Part shown: positions 8,691 through 17,010 of the stretch, piece by piece
Position numbering within the stretch: the stretch's first letter is position 1
Layout of the letters: each line of letters begins with the position of its first letter
DNA from: a virus
Taxonomy: Duplodnaviria > Heunggongvirae > Uroviricota > Caudoviricetes
Reading direction: 5' to 3' (one strand)
DNA: 40,904 bases
Virus record (IMG/VR): IMGVR_UViG_2687453163_000002
Span: 1-40,904 of that record
Program-made: the position numbers and the translations under genes
Notes under the pieces: model-generated
What the model saw: the letters and a program-made list of their open reading frames with translations, nothing else
Database searches by the model: none
What the model was told of the DNA's origin: nothing

Positions 8691-8876
8691 ATGTACAAAA
8701 AAGATGTTATTGACCACTTCGGAACCCAGCGTGCTGTTGCTAAAGCACTAGGCATTAGCGATGCAGCAGTCTCTCAGTGGAAAGAAGTTATCCCAGAGAA
8801 AGACGCCTATCGATTGGAAATCGTTACAGCTGGCGCCCTGAAGTATCAAGAAAGTGCTTACCGCCAAGCGGCATAA
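8691..8876 (+). CDS. cro: Cro repressor
   Basis: 61-aa ORF MYKKDVIDHFGTQRAVAKALGISDAAVSQWKE..., near-identical to recalled P22 Cro. Confidence 0.9.
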   Translation: MYKKDVIDHFGTQRAVAKALGISDAAVSQWKEVIPEKDAYRLEIVTAGALKYQESAYRQAA

Positions 8877-8883
8877 GCAAATT

Positions 8884-8923
8884 GCTCTTTAACAGTTCTG
8901 GCCTTTCACCTCTAACCGGGTGA
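8884..8923 (+). promoter_or_regulatory. nutR: nutR-like site (boxA GCTCTTTAACA plus boxB hairpin)
   Basis: GCTCTTTAACA at 8884-8894, then TCACCT-CTAACC-GGGTGA hairpin. Confidence 0.55.
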
Positions 8924-8991
8924 GCAAACATCAGCGGCAAATCCATTGGGTGTGCCGCTATAACTCAATATCAATATAGGAAAATTAACAA

Positions 8992-9288
8992 ATGGCACAA
9001 GCAAGCTACAGCAAGCCAACACAGCGAGAAATTGATCGCGCTGAAACTGATTTACTCATCAACCTGTCAACGCTTACCCAGCGCGGTCTGGCAAAGATGA
9101 TTGGCTGTCATGAATCGAAGATAAGCAGAACGGACTGGAGATTTATTGCTTCGGTCTTGTGTGCTTTCGGAATGGCATCAGACATCAGTCCGATTAGCAG
9201 GGCTTTTAAGTATGCGCTTGATGAAATCACAAAGAAAAAATCCCCGGCCGCCACCGAGGATTTTAAGCAAATTGATATGCAATTCTGA
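8992..9288 (+). CDS. CII-like transcriptional activator (P22 c1 analogue)
   Basis: 98-aa ORF after cro; C-terminal [18 protein letters not shown] resembles lambda CII C-terminus KKRPAATERSEQIQMEF; HTH-like middle. Confidence 0.7.
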   Translation: MAQASYSKPTQREIDRAETDLLINLSTLTQRGLAKMIGCHESKISRTDWRFIASVLCAFGMASDISPISRAFKYALDEITKKKSPAATEDFKQIDMQF

Positions 9289-9320
9289 GGGAATTACTGG
9301 ATCAATCCACAGGAGTAATT

Positions 9321-9467
9321 ATGACAAAACAACTCAGTCCTTACCAGGACAAAATTCACAAACACATACTACGTGATCGCTTCCTGTCCAGCTTCAAGCA
9401 GCCTGGTCGATTCCGGGCTGAGTTGGAAAAAGTGAAGCTGATGCAGAAGGAGAAAGGTCATGAGTAA
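9321..9467 (+). CDS. small hypothetical protein (48 aa), translationally coupled to the initiator gene
   Basis: AGGAG 7 nt upstream of ATG 9321; stop overlaps the ATG of the downstream gene (ATGAGTAA). Confidence 0.4.
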   Translation: MTKQLSPYQDKIHKHILRDRFLSSFKQPGRFRAELEKVKLMQKEKGHE

Positions 9468-10359
9468 CATATCTAATCTAGCCGAAGCCAGAGAGGCCAG
9501 AAGGCTACAACAACCGCATCAAAGCAGCGGTAAGGGGTATGCCTTGCTGCACCGTAAAATTATGGATGTGCCGTTTTACAAGGATGCAGAAGCAGCGCAT
9601 CTGTGGGTTCACTTAATCCTCAAAGCAAAGCATACGCCTGAGTATGTAATGACTGACGCAGGAGAAATTCTGGTAGGCAGAGGGAAGCTACTTGGCGGTA
9701 GAAACTCTCTGGCGTTTGAAACAGGACTCAAACCAGATCGCGTTCAGTACCTGCTTAGAAAGTTCAAAAAACTCGGCATGATTGACTGGGTTTCACACGG
9801 TAAATTCTCAGTTTTCTCAGTAGAGAAATATGACGATTATCAGTCAAATTTTGTACCAGCAGATTACCAGCAAATTACCACCTCAAAGCCAGCAATACCA
9901 ATGCCTGTAAGCAATGCTGTACCAGCAGATTACCAGCAAATTACCACAGATAAAGAATATAATAATATTATCTCTAATACTGACGTATTAGAGAGTGCCA
10001 CAGCAGACAAAAAGTCTGACAAGAAAAAACCTTCCGTCAGCTGTCAGGATGTTGTCGATGCTTACCACGAAATCCTTCCTGAAGCTCCAAGAATCCGCGC
10101 ACTGAATGACAAGCGTAAAAACCAGATCCGAACGTTCTGGCGCAAAGCCGGAGTGATAACCCGCCAGCTTGACGGGCATGGGTTCACGATGCAGGACTGG
10201 AGAAATTATTTGAGCTACGTTGGCGAAAATTGCCGATGGATGTTCGAAGAGCGCCCAAACCATCAACGCGGAACCGTCTGGCACAAAAAGGGATTTGATT
10301 TCCTGCTTAACGATAATACCTACCTGAAAGTTCGTGAGGGTGAACACGATGACCGATAA
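9460..10359 (+). CDS. replication initiation protein (lambda O-like / P22 gp18 analogue)
   Basis: 299-aa ORF between cII-like and DnaB-like genes; contains a mid-gene direct-repeat block followed by an AT-rich tract, as for lambda ori inside O. Confidence 0.7.
   Translation: MSNISNLAEAREARRLQQPHQSSGKGYALLHRKIMDVPFYKDAEAAHLWVHLILKAKHTPEYVMTDAGEILVGRGKLLGGRNSLAFETGLKPDRVQYLLRKFKKLGMIDWVSHGKFSVFSVEKYDDYQSNFVPADYQQITTSKPAIPMPVSNAVPADYQQITTDKEYNNIISNTDVLESATADKKSDKKKPSVSCQDVVDAYHEILPEAPRIRALNDKRKNQIRTFWRKAGVITRQLDGHGFTMQDWRNYLSYVGENCRWMFEERPNHQRGTVWHKKGFDFLLNDNTYLKVREGEHDDR
9846..9985 (+). repeat. ori: putative replication origin: two 30-bp direct repeats plus AT-rich tract
   Basis: GTACCAGCAGATTACCAGCAAATTACCAC at 9846-9875 and 9918-9947, then GATAAAGAATATAATAATATTATCTCTAATACTG. 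Confidence 0.6.
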
Positions 10360-11785
10360 TTTTTATGCGCCGCCCCATAGCATCGAGGCAGAGCAGGCGG
10401 TGATTGGTGGATTGCTTCTGGATGATGACAGCAGTGAGCGCGTCCAGAAAGTTCTGGCGATGCTGAAGCCCGATTCATTTTACAGCCGACCACACAAAAT
10501 CCTTTTCGAAGAAATAACCAGAATGCACCGGGAGCAAAAGCCAGTAGATGGCCTGACGCTTTTCGATGAACTGGAGCGTAAATCGTTAACGGCGTCTGTT
10601 GGCGGTTTTGCTTATATCGCTGAGATCGCAAAGAACACGCCGAGCGCCGCAAACATCGTTGCCTATGCAATGCAGGTTCGCGAAACCGCAATGGAACGCT
10701 ACGCCATAAACCGCATGACTGAAGCGACGGAATTGCTCTATTCCCGCAACGGAATGACTGCAACGCAGAAGTACGAAGCTATTCAGGCGATTTTCACGCA
10801 ACTGACAGACCATGCAAAAACCGGATCGCGTCGCGGCCTTCGCTCATTTGGTGAGGTCATGGAAGACTGGGTTAGCGACCTTGAGAAGCGATTTGACCCG
10901 TCAGGCGAACAACGAGGAATGAGCACAGGGATCCCATCTCTGGACAGGATGCTGTCACCGAAAGGTCTGGTGAAAGGCTCTCTGTTCGTCATTGGCGCTC
11001 GCCCTAAGATGGGGAAAACGACGCTATACAGCCAGATGGCAATCAACTGCGCAGTGCATGAGAAAAAGCCCGCTCTGATGTTCAGTCTTGAAATGCCAGG
11101 CGACCAGATACTGGAAAAGCTGGTAGGACAGAAGTCAGGTGTTAACCCGAATATTTTTTACCTTCCGGCGACAAATGACGCTGATGACGGCTATCAGGGT
11201 GATTACGATGGTGACTTCAACAGGGCGATAGAAACAGCAAATCGCTTGAGTGAAATCGACATGCTTTACATCGACGACACGCCGGGATTATCTCTGGCTC
11301 AAATCGTCAGCGAAAGCCGTCGAATCAAGCGAGAAAAAGGATGTGTTGGCATGATTCTGGTCGATTACCTGACACTAATGACCGCTGAGAAGGCCGATCG
11401 CAACGACCTTGCTTACGGTATGATCACCAAAGGACTGAAGAACCTTGCCAAAGAGCTTGATTGCGTTGTTGTGCTTCTGACACAGCTTAACCGCGCACTG
11501 GAAAGCCGAACCAATAAACGCCCATTACCAAGTGACTCACGAGATACAGGGCAGATTGAACAGGATTGCGATTATTGGGTCGGGATCCATCGTGAAGGCG
11601 CTTTTGATGACAGTGTTCCACCTGGTGAAACTGAACTAATCCTTCGTCTCAATCGTCATGGCAATACCGGCACGGTGTATTGCATTCAGGCAAATGGCGC
11701 TATTTATGACACAGACCAACAGTCTGCTGAAATGCGCCGCCGTGAACGCGAGGAACCGCAGTCCAAGAAGAAAGGAGGATTCTGA
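10349..11785 (+). CDS. replicative DNA helicase (DnaB-like, P22 gp12 analogue)
   Basis: From [23 protein letters not shown] (DnaB N-terminal signature); Walker A GARPKMGKT; RecA-like C-terminal domain. Confidence 0.9.
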   Translation: MTDNFYAPPHSIEAEQAVIGGLLLDDDSSERVQKVLAMLKPDSFYSRPHKILFEEITRMHREQKPVDGLTLFDELERKSLTASVGGFAYIAEIAKNTPSAANIVAYAMQVRETAMERYAINRMTEATELLYSRNGMTATQKYEAIQAIFTQLTDHAKTGSRRGLRSFGEVMEDWVSDLEKRFDPSGEQRGMSTGIPSLDRMLSPKGLVKGSLFVIGARPKMGKTTLYSQMAINCAVHEKKPALMFSLEMPGDQILEKLVGQKSGVNPNIFYLPATNDADDGYQGDYDGDFNRAIETANRLSEIDMLYIDDTPGLSLAQIVSESRRIKREKGCVGMILVDYLTLMTAEKADRNDLAYGMITKGLKNLAKELDCVVVLLTQLNRALESRTNKRPLPSDSRDTGQIEQDCDYWVGIHREGAFDDSVPPGETELILRLNRHGNTGTVYCIQANGAIYDTDQQSAEMRRREREEPQSKKKGGF

Positions 11786-11813
11786 TGACATCTACATCAC
11801 TGAGATAATAACA

Positions 11814-11844
11814 GGGGCTATTTACACAGTAGCCCTTTTTTATT
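11814..11844 (+). terminator. rho-independent terminator after the helicase gene
   Basis: GGGGCTA-TTTACACA-GTAGCCC followed by TTTTTTATT. Confidence 0.55.
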
Positions 11845-11868
11845 GGATTAAGAACGAGGGGGCTTCTG

Positions 11869-12081
11869 ATGGACACCGTTAACGGAATGTGTTCAGACGC
11901 ACCGCATGCCAAAAAATGTAAATGCGGAAAATCACCGACAATATTCGACATGGAGAACGGGTGCCAAATCTACTGCGCTAACCATGCCGCTGTGGCGGCC
12001 GCGAATTATCGCAGTGCGGTAACGGAGTGGAATAACCTGAAATCTGTTAGAGAGGGGAGTCATGAAAAAACTAACCTTTGA
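11869..12081 (+). CDS. hypothetical Cys-rich protein (NinA position)
   Basis: 70-aa ORF with RBS GAGGGGG; KKCKCGKS...CQIYCANH motif. Confidence 0.5.
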   Translation: MDTVNGMCSDAPHAKKCKCGKSPTIFDMENGCQIYCANHAAVAAANYRSAVTEWNNLKSVREGSHEKTNL

Positions 12082-12502
12082 AATTCGATCTCCAGCACAT
12101 CAGCAAAACGCTATTCACGCAGTACAGCAAATCCTTCCAGACCCAACCAAGCCAATCGTAGTGATCATTCAGGAGCGCAACCGCAGCTTAGACCAGAATC
12201 GGAAGCTTTGGGCTTGCCTTGGTGACGTCTCTCGTCAGGTTGAATGGCATGGTCGCTGGCTGGATGCAGAAAGCTGGAAGTGTGTGTTTACCGCAGCATT
12301 AAAGCAGCAGGACGTTGTTCCTAACCTTGCCGGGAATGGCTTTGTGGTAATAGGCCAGTCAACCAGCAGGATGCGTGTAAGCGAATTTGCGGAGTTATTA
12401 GAGCTTATACAGGCATTCGGTACAGAGCGTGGCGTTAAGTGGTCAGACGAAGCGCGACTGGCTCTGGAGTGGAAAGCAAGATGGGGAGACAGGGCAGCAT
12501 GA
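12062..12502 (+). CDS. ninB: NinB recombination protein
   Basis: 146-aa [37 protein letters not shown]..., near-identical to recalled lambda NinB. Confidence 0.9.
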   Translation: MKKLTFEIRSPAHQQNAIHAVQQILPDPTKPIVVIIQERNRSLDQNRKLWACLGDVSRQVEWHGRWLDAESWKCVFTAALKQQDVVPNLAGNGFVVIGQSTSRMRVSEFAELLELIQAFGTERGVKWSDEARLALEWKARWGDRAA

Positions 12503-12672
12503 TGCGATGTTATCGGTGCGGTGAATGCAAAGAAGATAACCGCTTCCGACCAAATCAACCTTACTGGAATCGATGGTGTCTCCGGTGTGAAAGAACACCA
12601 ACAGGGGTGTTACCACTACCGCAGGAAAAGGAGGACGTGTGGCGAGACAGCGACGAAGTATCACCGACATAA
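12499..12672 (+). CDS. ninD: NinD-like small Cys-rich protein (57 aa)
   Basis: ATG overlaps the ninB stop (ATGA); [14 protein letters not shown]... with CxxC pairs. Confidence 0.6.
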   Translation: MMRCYRCGECKEDNRFRPNQPYWNRWCLRCERTPTGVLPLPQEKEDVWRDSDEVSPT

Positions 12673-12815
12673 TCTGCGAAAACTGCAAATACCTTCCAAC
12701 GAAGCGCTCCAGAAATAAACGCAAGCCAATCCCAAAAGAATCTGACGTAAAAACCTTCAACTACACGGCTCACCTGTGGGATATCCGGTGGCTAAGAAAT
12801 CGTGCGAGGAAATGA
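12639..12815 (+). CDS. ninE: NinE-like protein (58 aa, probable GTG start)
   Basis: Frame reads (V)[57 protein letters not shown], matching recalled lambda NinE; AAGGAGG upstream; no in-frame ATG, so absent from the ORF track. Confidence 0.55.
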   Translation: MARQRRSITDIICENCKYLPTKRSRNKRKPIPKESDVKTFNYTAHLWDIRWLRNRARK

Positions 12816-13177
12816 CAATGGATTATTCACAGTTAAGTGATTTTGAAATTAACGTGGCGGTATTCGAAGCCATTCATAACGGATCACCGGATTACAAAGA
12901 AGGTAAGAATGGCGCGATGGTGTTTATCTCATTTGAGGGAGACATTGTAAACGGAGACGCAGTTGAAGTAGAGGTTGAGCGCGGATCCTTTAACCCATGC
13001 GCAAACCCAGCAGACGCATGGCCGATTATTGAAAAATACAGGATTAGCATTATCAATCTCGATGAAGACGAGTGGGGTGCACGCGGTGTGACCTACCGTA
13101 AATCTAAGCGAGCTATACATGAAAATCCCCTTCGCGCCGCCATGATTGTCTTTCTCATGATGCAGAGAATCCAATAA
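12812..13177 (+). CDS. hypothetical nin-region protein (about 121 aa from MTMDYSQL)
   Basis: ATG overlaps the ninE stop; stop overlaps the ninF start (TAATG); no family recognised. Confidence 0.55.
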   Translation: MTMDYSQLSDFEINVAVFEAIHNGSPDYKEGKNGAMVFISFEGDIVNGDAVEVEVERGSFNPCANPADAWPIIEKYRISIINLDEDEWGARGVTYRKSKRAIHENPLRAAMIVFLMMQRIQ

Positions 13178-13350
13178 TGCTTAGCCCATCCCAATCCCTT
13201 CAATACCAGAAAGAAAGCGTCGAGCGAGCTTTAACGTGCGCTAACTGCGGTCAGAAGCTGCATGTGCTGGAAGTTCACGTGTGTGAGCACTGCTGCGCAG
13301 AGTTAATGGCAGACCCTAACGGACAAATGCTGGAGGAAGATGATGAGTGA
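13177..13350 (+). CDS. ninF: NinF-like protein (57 aa)
   Basis: [43 protein letters not shown]..., matching recalled lambda NinF; below ORF track cutoff. Confidence 0.7.
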   Translation: MLSPSQSLQYQKESVERALTCANCGQKLHVLEVHVCEHCCAELMADPNGQMLEEDDE

Positions 13351-13645
13351 GTTACGCGCAGGTGGCATCGCAATAGTCATTTTTTCAGAAAACAAACCCG
13401 AAATTGGCAGATGCGTTGAGTTAATCGAAAAAGTAACAAACGGATATGTATTTAATTTTCCTGGTGCAGGTAAGCATAGTTGGCGTGATGACACCCCTGG
13501 GTGGCTAGTTAAAGGCGATGTATCGATTTATACAAACGAGCCTTCAGGTGGTTTCTCTTATTTTTACAGTGATGAACTCATGCCAATCGACGGAGAAGAC
13601 TTCTCTCACGAAGATGAGCAACAGAAGGAGCTGGCAAATGGCTAA
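13340..13645 (+). CDS. hypothetical protein inserted between ninF and the YbcO-like gene
   Basis: 101-aa ORF (MMSELRAGGIAIVIFSENKPEIGRCVELIEK...), overlapping neighbours at both ends; no family recognised. Confidence 0.5.
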   Translation: MMSELRAGGIAIVIFSENKPEIGRCVELIEKVTNGYVFNFPGAGKHSWRDDTPGWLVKGDVSIYTNEPSGGFSYFYSDELMPIDGEDFSHEDEQQKELANG

Positions 13646-13928
13646 TCTACGCAAAGAAGCGCGCGGAAGAGAATGTCAGGTGCGTATTTACGGCGTATGC
13701 AATGGCAATCCTGAAACTACAGTTCTGGCACATTACCGGATGGCTGGAATTTGCGGAACGGGAATGAAGCCTGACGACCTGATCGGCGCATGGGCTTGTA
13801 GCGCGTGTCACGATGAAATCGACCGACGCACCCATAATCTCGACAACAAAGACGCCAGACTTTACCACCTCGAAGGCGTGATCAGGACGCAGGCGATACT
13901 GCTGAAGGAGGGGAAGATTAAGCCATGA
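13638..13928 (+). CDS. YbcO-like protein (DUF1364-type putative Zn-binding nuclease)
   Basis: From MANLRKEARGRECQVRIYGVCNGNPETTVLAHYR...CSACHDEIDRRTH, resembling DLP12 YbcO from memory. Confidence 0.65.
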   Translation: MANLRKEARGRECQVRIYGVCNGNPETTVLAHYRMAGICGTGMKPDDLIGAWACSACHDEIDRRTHNLDNKDARLYHLEGVIRTQAILLKEGKIKP

Positions 13929-14287
13929 ACGAATATCAGTTTGTGCTTCCATACCCGCCGTCGGTGAACACCTACTGGCGAAGACGGGGAAGCCAATACT
14001 ACATCAGCGATAAAGGCCAGAAATACCGAAAAGACGTTCAGAAAATCATCCGCCAACTCAAGTTAGACATTTTCACCAAATCACGACTCCGCATCAAAGT
14101 CATCGCAGACGTTCCAGACTCCCGCCGCCGCGACCTCGATAACATCCTGAAAGGTTTACTCGATTCCCTTATCCACGCCGGATTTGCGGAAGACGACGAG
14201 CAATTCGATGACATTCGCGTAATTCGTGGTGTGAAAGTACCAGGCGGACGGCTTGGAATAAAAATCACCGAACTGGAGAACGTATGA
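13925..14287 (+). CDS. rusA: RusA-type Holliday junction resolvase
   Basis: 120-aa ORF with LPYPPSVN...DSRRRDLDN...GGRLGIKITE, matching the RusA family. Confidence 0.85.
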   Translation: MNEYQFVLPYPPSVNTYWRRRGSQYYISDKGQKYRKDVQKIIRQLKLDIFTKSRLRIKVIADVPDSRRRDLDNILKGLLDSLIHAGFAEDDEQFDDIRVIRGVKVPGGRLGIKITELENV

Positions 14288-14472
14288 ACGCCACAATTCA
14301 AACGATACCAGAGCTTCTTATCCAGACACGAGGAAATCAGACCGAAGTGGCGAGGATGCTTTCCTGCGCAAGAGGAACAGTGCTCAAGTACAACCGAGAC
14401 AGCAAAGGCGAGCGTCACGTAATAGTTAACGGCGTCCTGATGGTCAAACAGGGCAAGAGGGGAAGACGATGA
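14284..14472 (+). CDS. ninH: NinH-like protein
   Basis: 62-aa ORF with GNQTEVARMLSCARGTVLKY (HTH), resembling lambda NinH GNQTEVARRLKCSRGTVRKY. Confidence 0.7.
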   Translation: MNATIQTIPELLIQTRGNQTEVARMLSCARGTVLKYNRDSKGERHVIVNGVLMVKQGKRGRR

Positions 14473-14987
14473 GCATAAGAGAACTAAACCTCACCAAAGA
14501 ACAGCACGATTGGCTGAATGGCTGGCTTGAACTGTGGGGTGCATGGGTTTACTCAGGTCGCCTGGAAAAGCGCATGAGCAGCGTAATAGCGAAGTTCATG
14601 GAGAGCGTAGAGCCGGGAAGAGTTATGACAAGGCCAATGTGTAATGATGATGATGGAATGTTGATTTCTCAGGTCGTCGATTCCGTCATGTACATTGACA
14701 AGAAAGCCTTTGGCATCCTCCTCAGCTACTACGCTCATGGTTCATCTAAGCGAGCAATTGCATCCTACTATCACGCGACTGCAAAGCCACGCAAGATGTG
14801 TGGGCGTGGTGGTGAGGGATGGAGAAAACCTTCACTGGCAACCTGTAGAAATGAAATTGACGACATCCTGAAAGCGTCGTTATTTGTTTTGTACCAACCA
14901 ATGCAAAATGCTTTCAAAATGCGTAAACGTGTTGAGAAAGTTAAGCATGTTGCCGTTAAAAGCCTTGACATGCAATTAGCCATTTAG
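14469..14987 (+). CDS. late-gene antiterminator Q (QuuD / phage 82-type)
   Basis: 172-aa ORF with WGAW...RPMCNDDDGMLISQ...LLSYYAHG resembling recalled DLP12 QuuD; directly upstream of a strong promoter, tRNAs and the lysis genes. Confidence 0.7.
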   Translation: MSIRELNLTKEQHDWLNGWLELWGAWVYSGRLEKRMSSVIAKFMESVEPGRVMTRPMCNDDDGMLISQVVDSVMYIDKKAFGILLSYYAHGSSKRAIASYYHATAKPRKMCGRGGEGWRKPSLATCRNEIDDILKASLFVLYQPMQNAFKMRKRVEKVKHVAVKSLDMQLAI

Positions 14988-14994
14988 CCATAAT
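14965..14994 (+). promoter_or_regulatory. late promoter PR'-like (TTGACA-N18-CATAAT) overlapping the 3' end of Q
   Basis: TTGACA at 14965-14970 and CATAAT at 14989-14994; Q stop codon at 14985-14987. Confidence 0.5.
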
Positions 14995-15002
14995 TAGAGG
15001 GT

Positions 15003-15047
15003 AAGCTGCCGTTAGTGACTCTTAAGTTGCAACGGTGGCTTTTTTTA
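15003..15047 (+). terminator. putative early terminator (tR'-like) just downstream of the late promoter
   Basis: Imperfect hairpin AGCTGCCGTT ... AACGGTGGCT followed by TTTTTTT. Confidence 0.4.
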
Positions 15048-15050
15048 TTT

Positions 15051-15125
15051 GGGTCAGTCGTATAAAGGTCATTACGGAAGGCTGTTAACCTTCTTATCGT
15101 GGTTCGAGTCCACGCTGTCCCGCCA
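15051..15125 (+). tRNA. tRNA-like gene, anticodon GUU (Asn) by manual fold; one acceptor-stem mismatch
   Basis: Acceptor GGGTCAG/CTGTCCC (T:T at 4:69), anticodon stem GAAGG/CCTTC with loop CTGTTAA, T-arm CGTGG-TTCGAGT-CCACG, CCA end. Confidence 0.45.
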
Positions 15126-15130
15126 AACAT

Positions 15131-15206
15131 GCTGGTTTAGCTCCAATGGTAGAGCAGTCGCCTTGTAAGCGAATGGGTAGCGGTTCAAGTCCGTTAACCA
15201 GCACCA
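15131..15206 (+). tRNA. tRNA-Thr-like gene, anticodon UGU, by manual fold
   Basis: Perfect acceptor GCTGGTT/AACCAGC, D-stem GCTC/GAGC, anticodon loop CTTGTAA, T-arm AGCGG-TTCAAGT-CCGTT, discriminator A plus CCA. Confidence 0.7.
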
Positions 15207-15293
15207 TAACTGAGCCGTAGCCACTGGCTATCCTGAATTCATCAGTGATAGTTACGCTGCGGCCTTCTACACATGACCTTCGTGAAAGTGGGT

Positions 15294-15328
15294 GGCAGGA
15301 GGTCGCGCTAACAACCTCCTGCCGTTTT
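15294..15328 (+). terminator. rho-independent terminator downstream of the tRNA genes
   Basis: Perfect 10-bp stem GGCAGGAGGT / ACCTCCTGCC followed by GTTTT. Confidence 0.6.
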
Positions 15329-15448
15329 GCCCGTGCATATCGGTCACGAACAAATCTGATTACTCAACACAGTAGCCTGGATTTGTTCTATCAGTAACCG
15401 ACCATATTCCTAATTAAATAGAGCAAATCCCCTTATTGGGGGTAAGAC

Positions 15449-15772
15449 ATGAAGATGCCAGAAAAAAATGACCTGTTAGCCGCCATTCTCGCGGCAAAGG
15501 AACAAGGCATCGGGGCAATCCTTGCGTTTGCAATGGCGTACCTTCGCGGCAGATATAATGGCGGTGCGTTTACAAAAACAGTAATCGACGCAACGATGTG
15601 CGCCATTATCGCCTGGTTCATTCGTGACCTTCTCGACTTCGCCGGACTAAGTAGCAATCTCGCTTATATAACGAGCGTGTTTATCGGCTACATCGGTACT
15701 GACTCGATTGGTTCGCTTATCAAACGCTTCGCTGCTAAAAAAGCCGGAGTAGAAGATGGTGGAAATCAATAA
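15449..15772 (+). CDS. S: holin (lambda S-type, dual-start MKMPEK)
   Basis: 107-aa [37 protein letters not shown]..., near-identical to recalled lambda S. Confidence 0.9.
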   Translation: MKMPEKNDLLAAILAAKEQGIGAILAFAMAYLRGRYNGGAFTKTVIDATMCAIIAWFIRDLLDFAGLSSNLAYITSVFIGYIGTDSIGSLIKRFAAKKAGVEDGGNQ

Positions 15773-16232
15773 TCAACGTAAGGCGTTCCTCGATATGCTG
15801 GCGTGGTCAGAGGGAACTGATAACGGACGTCAAAAAACCAGAAATCATGGTTATGACGTCATTGTTGGCGGAGAGCTATTCACTGATTACTCTGATCACC
15901 CTCGCAAACTTGTCACGCTAAATCCGAAACTCAAATCAACAGCCGCCGGACGCTACCAGCTTCTTTCCCGTTGGTGGGATGCCTACCGTAAGCAGCTTGG
16001 CCTGAAAGACTTCTCTCCGAAAAGCCAGGACGCTGTGGCACTGCAACAGATTAAAGAGCGTGGCGCTTTACCGATGATTGATCGCGGTGATATTCGTCAG
16101 GCTATCGACCGTTGCAGCAATATCTGGGCTTCACTGCCTGGCGCTGGTTATGGTCAGTTCGAGCATAAGGCTGACAGCCTGATTGCAAAATTCAAAGAGG
16201 CAGGCGGAACGGTCAGAGAGATTGAGGTATGA
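15756..16232 (+). CDS. R: endolysin (lambda R-type lytic transglycosylase)
   Basis: 158-aa [42 protein letters not shown]..., matching recalled lambda R. Confidence 0.9.
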   Translation: MVEINNQRKAFLDMLAWSEGTDNGRQKTRNHGYDVIVGGELFTDYSDHPRKLVTLNPKLKSTAAGRYQLLSRWWDAYRKQLGLKDFSPKSQDAVALQQIKERGALPMIDRGDIRQAIDRCSNIWASLPGAGYGQFEHKADSLIAKFKEAGGTVREIEV

Positions 16233-16666
16233 GCAAAGTAACCGCGATTATCTCCGCTCTGGTTATCTGCATCATCGTTTGCCTGTCATGGGCTGTTAAT
16301 CACTACCGTGATAACGCCATCGCCTACAAAGAGCAGCGCGATAAGGCCGCATCCACAATTGCTGACATGCAGAAGCGTCAACGTGATGTAGCAGAACTCG
16401 ATGCCAGATATACAAAGGAGCTTGCTGATGCTAACGCGACTATCGAAAGTCTCCGTGCTGATGTTTCTGCTGGGCGTAAGCGCCTGCAAGTCGCCGCCAC
16501 CTGTGCAAAGTCAACGACCGGAGCCAGCAGCATGGGCGATGGAGAAAGCCCAAGACTTACAGCAGATGCTGAACTCAATTATTACCGTCTACGAAGCGGA
16601 ATCGACAGGATAACCGCGCAGGTTAACTACCTGCAGGAGTACATCAGGACGCAATGCCTTCGATGA
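16229..16666 (+). CDS. Rz: i-spanin Rz
   Basis: 145-aa ORF with N-terminal TM segment [21 protein letters not shown], resembling recalled lambda Rz. Confidence 0.85.
   Translation: MSKVTAIISALVICIIVCLSWAVNHYRDNAIAYKEQRDKAASTIADMQKRQRDVAELDARYTKELADANATIESLRADVSAGRKRLQVAATCAKSTTGASSMGDGESPRLTADAELNYYRLRSGIDRITAQVNYLQEYIRTQCLR
16428..16613 (+). CDS. Rz1: o-spanin Rz1 (lipoprotein) embedded in the +1 frame of Rz
   Basis: [30 protein letters not shown] signal peptide with lipobox and Cys, then proline-rich [13 protein letters not shown]. Confidence 0.7.
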   Translation: MLTRLSKVSVLMFLLGVSACKSPPPVQSQRPEPAAWAMEKAQDLQQMLNSIITVYEAESTG

Positions 16667-16839
16667 TAGCGATAATTTTACTCATCATCCTTCACATCTG
16701 GCTCTGTAGACAGGGTGATGATCACTTCTGGAGTGAATCCAGATTAAACATCTCATTGCTGATGCTTGATATTGAGCATCTGGCGCGCGGTAAGGGGCTG
16801 CGTTGAGATAAGAGCCAGTCATTACAAATACCAGGATTT

Positions 16840-16866
16840 AGCCTCGCATTTGCGGGGCTTTTTTAC
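16840..16866 (+). terminator. terminator-like hairpin downstream of the lysis cassette
   Basis: AGCCTCGCATTTGCGGGGCT (one stem mismatch) followed by TTTTTT. Confidence 0.45.
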
Positions 16867-17010
16867 ATCTGCAGTAAACCGCGCATCGCAGCGCGTAACA
16901 ATCCCGAGTCTTTCAGAAAGCTGAGCCTGAGAATTGCCGTATATGGTGGCGACCATCTCGGGGGCGGCTTTTCTGTGCGAACAGGCTCATCTTTCTAAAA
17001 GGTAAACGCT

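Noticed and set aside
9846-9947. Direct repeats considered as a possible CRISPR array
   Set aside because: Only two copies, located inside a coding sequence and followed by an AT-rich tract; the pattern fits replication-origin iterons, and no cas genes are present.
10320-11046. Minus-strand ORFs (10320-10763, 10586-10813, 10783-11046) inside the DnaB-like helicase gene
   Set aside because: Antisense to a strongly supported helicase ORF; Arg/Cys-rich composition typical of out-of-frame translation.
15207-15293. Possible third tRNA after the tRNA-Thr-like gene
   Set aside because: Sequence has a TAGCCACTGGCTA palindrome but no T-arm (GTTC-type) or acceptor pairing; does not fold as a cloverleaf by hand.
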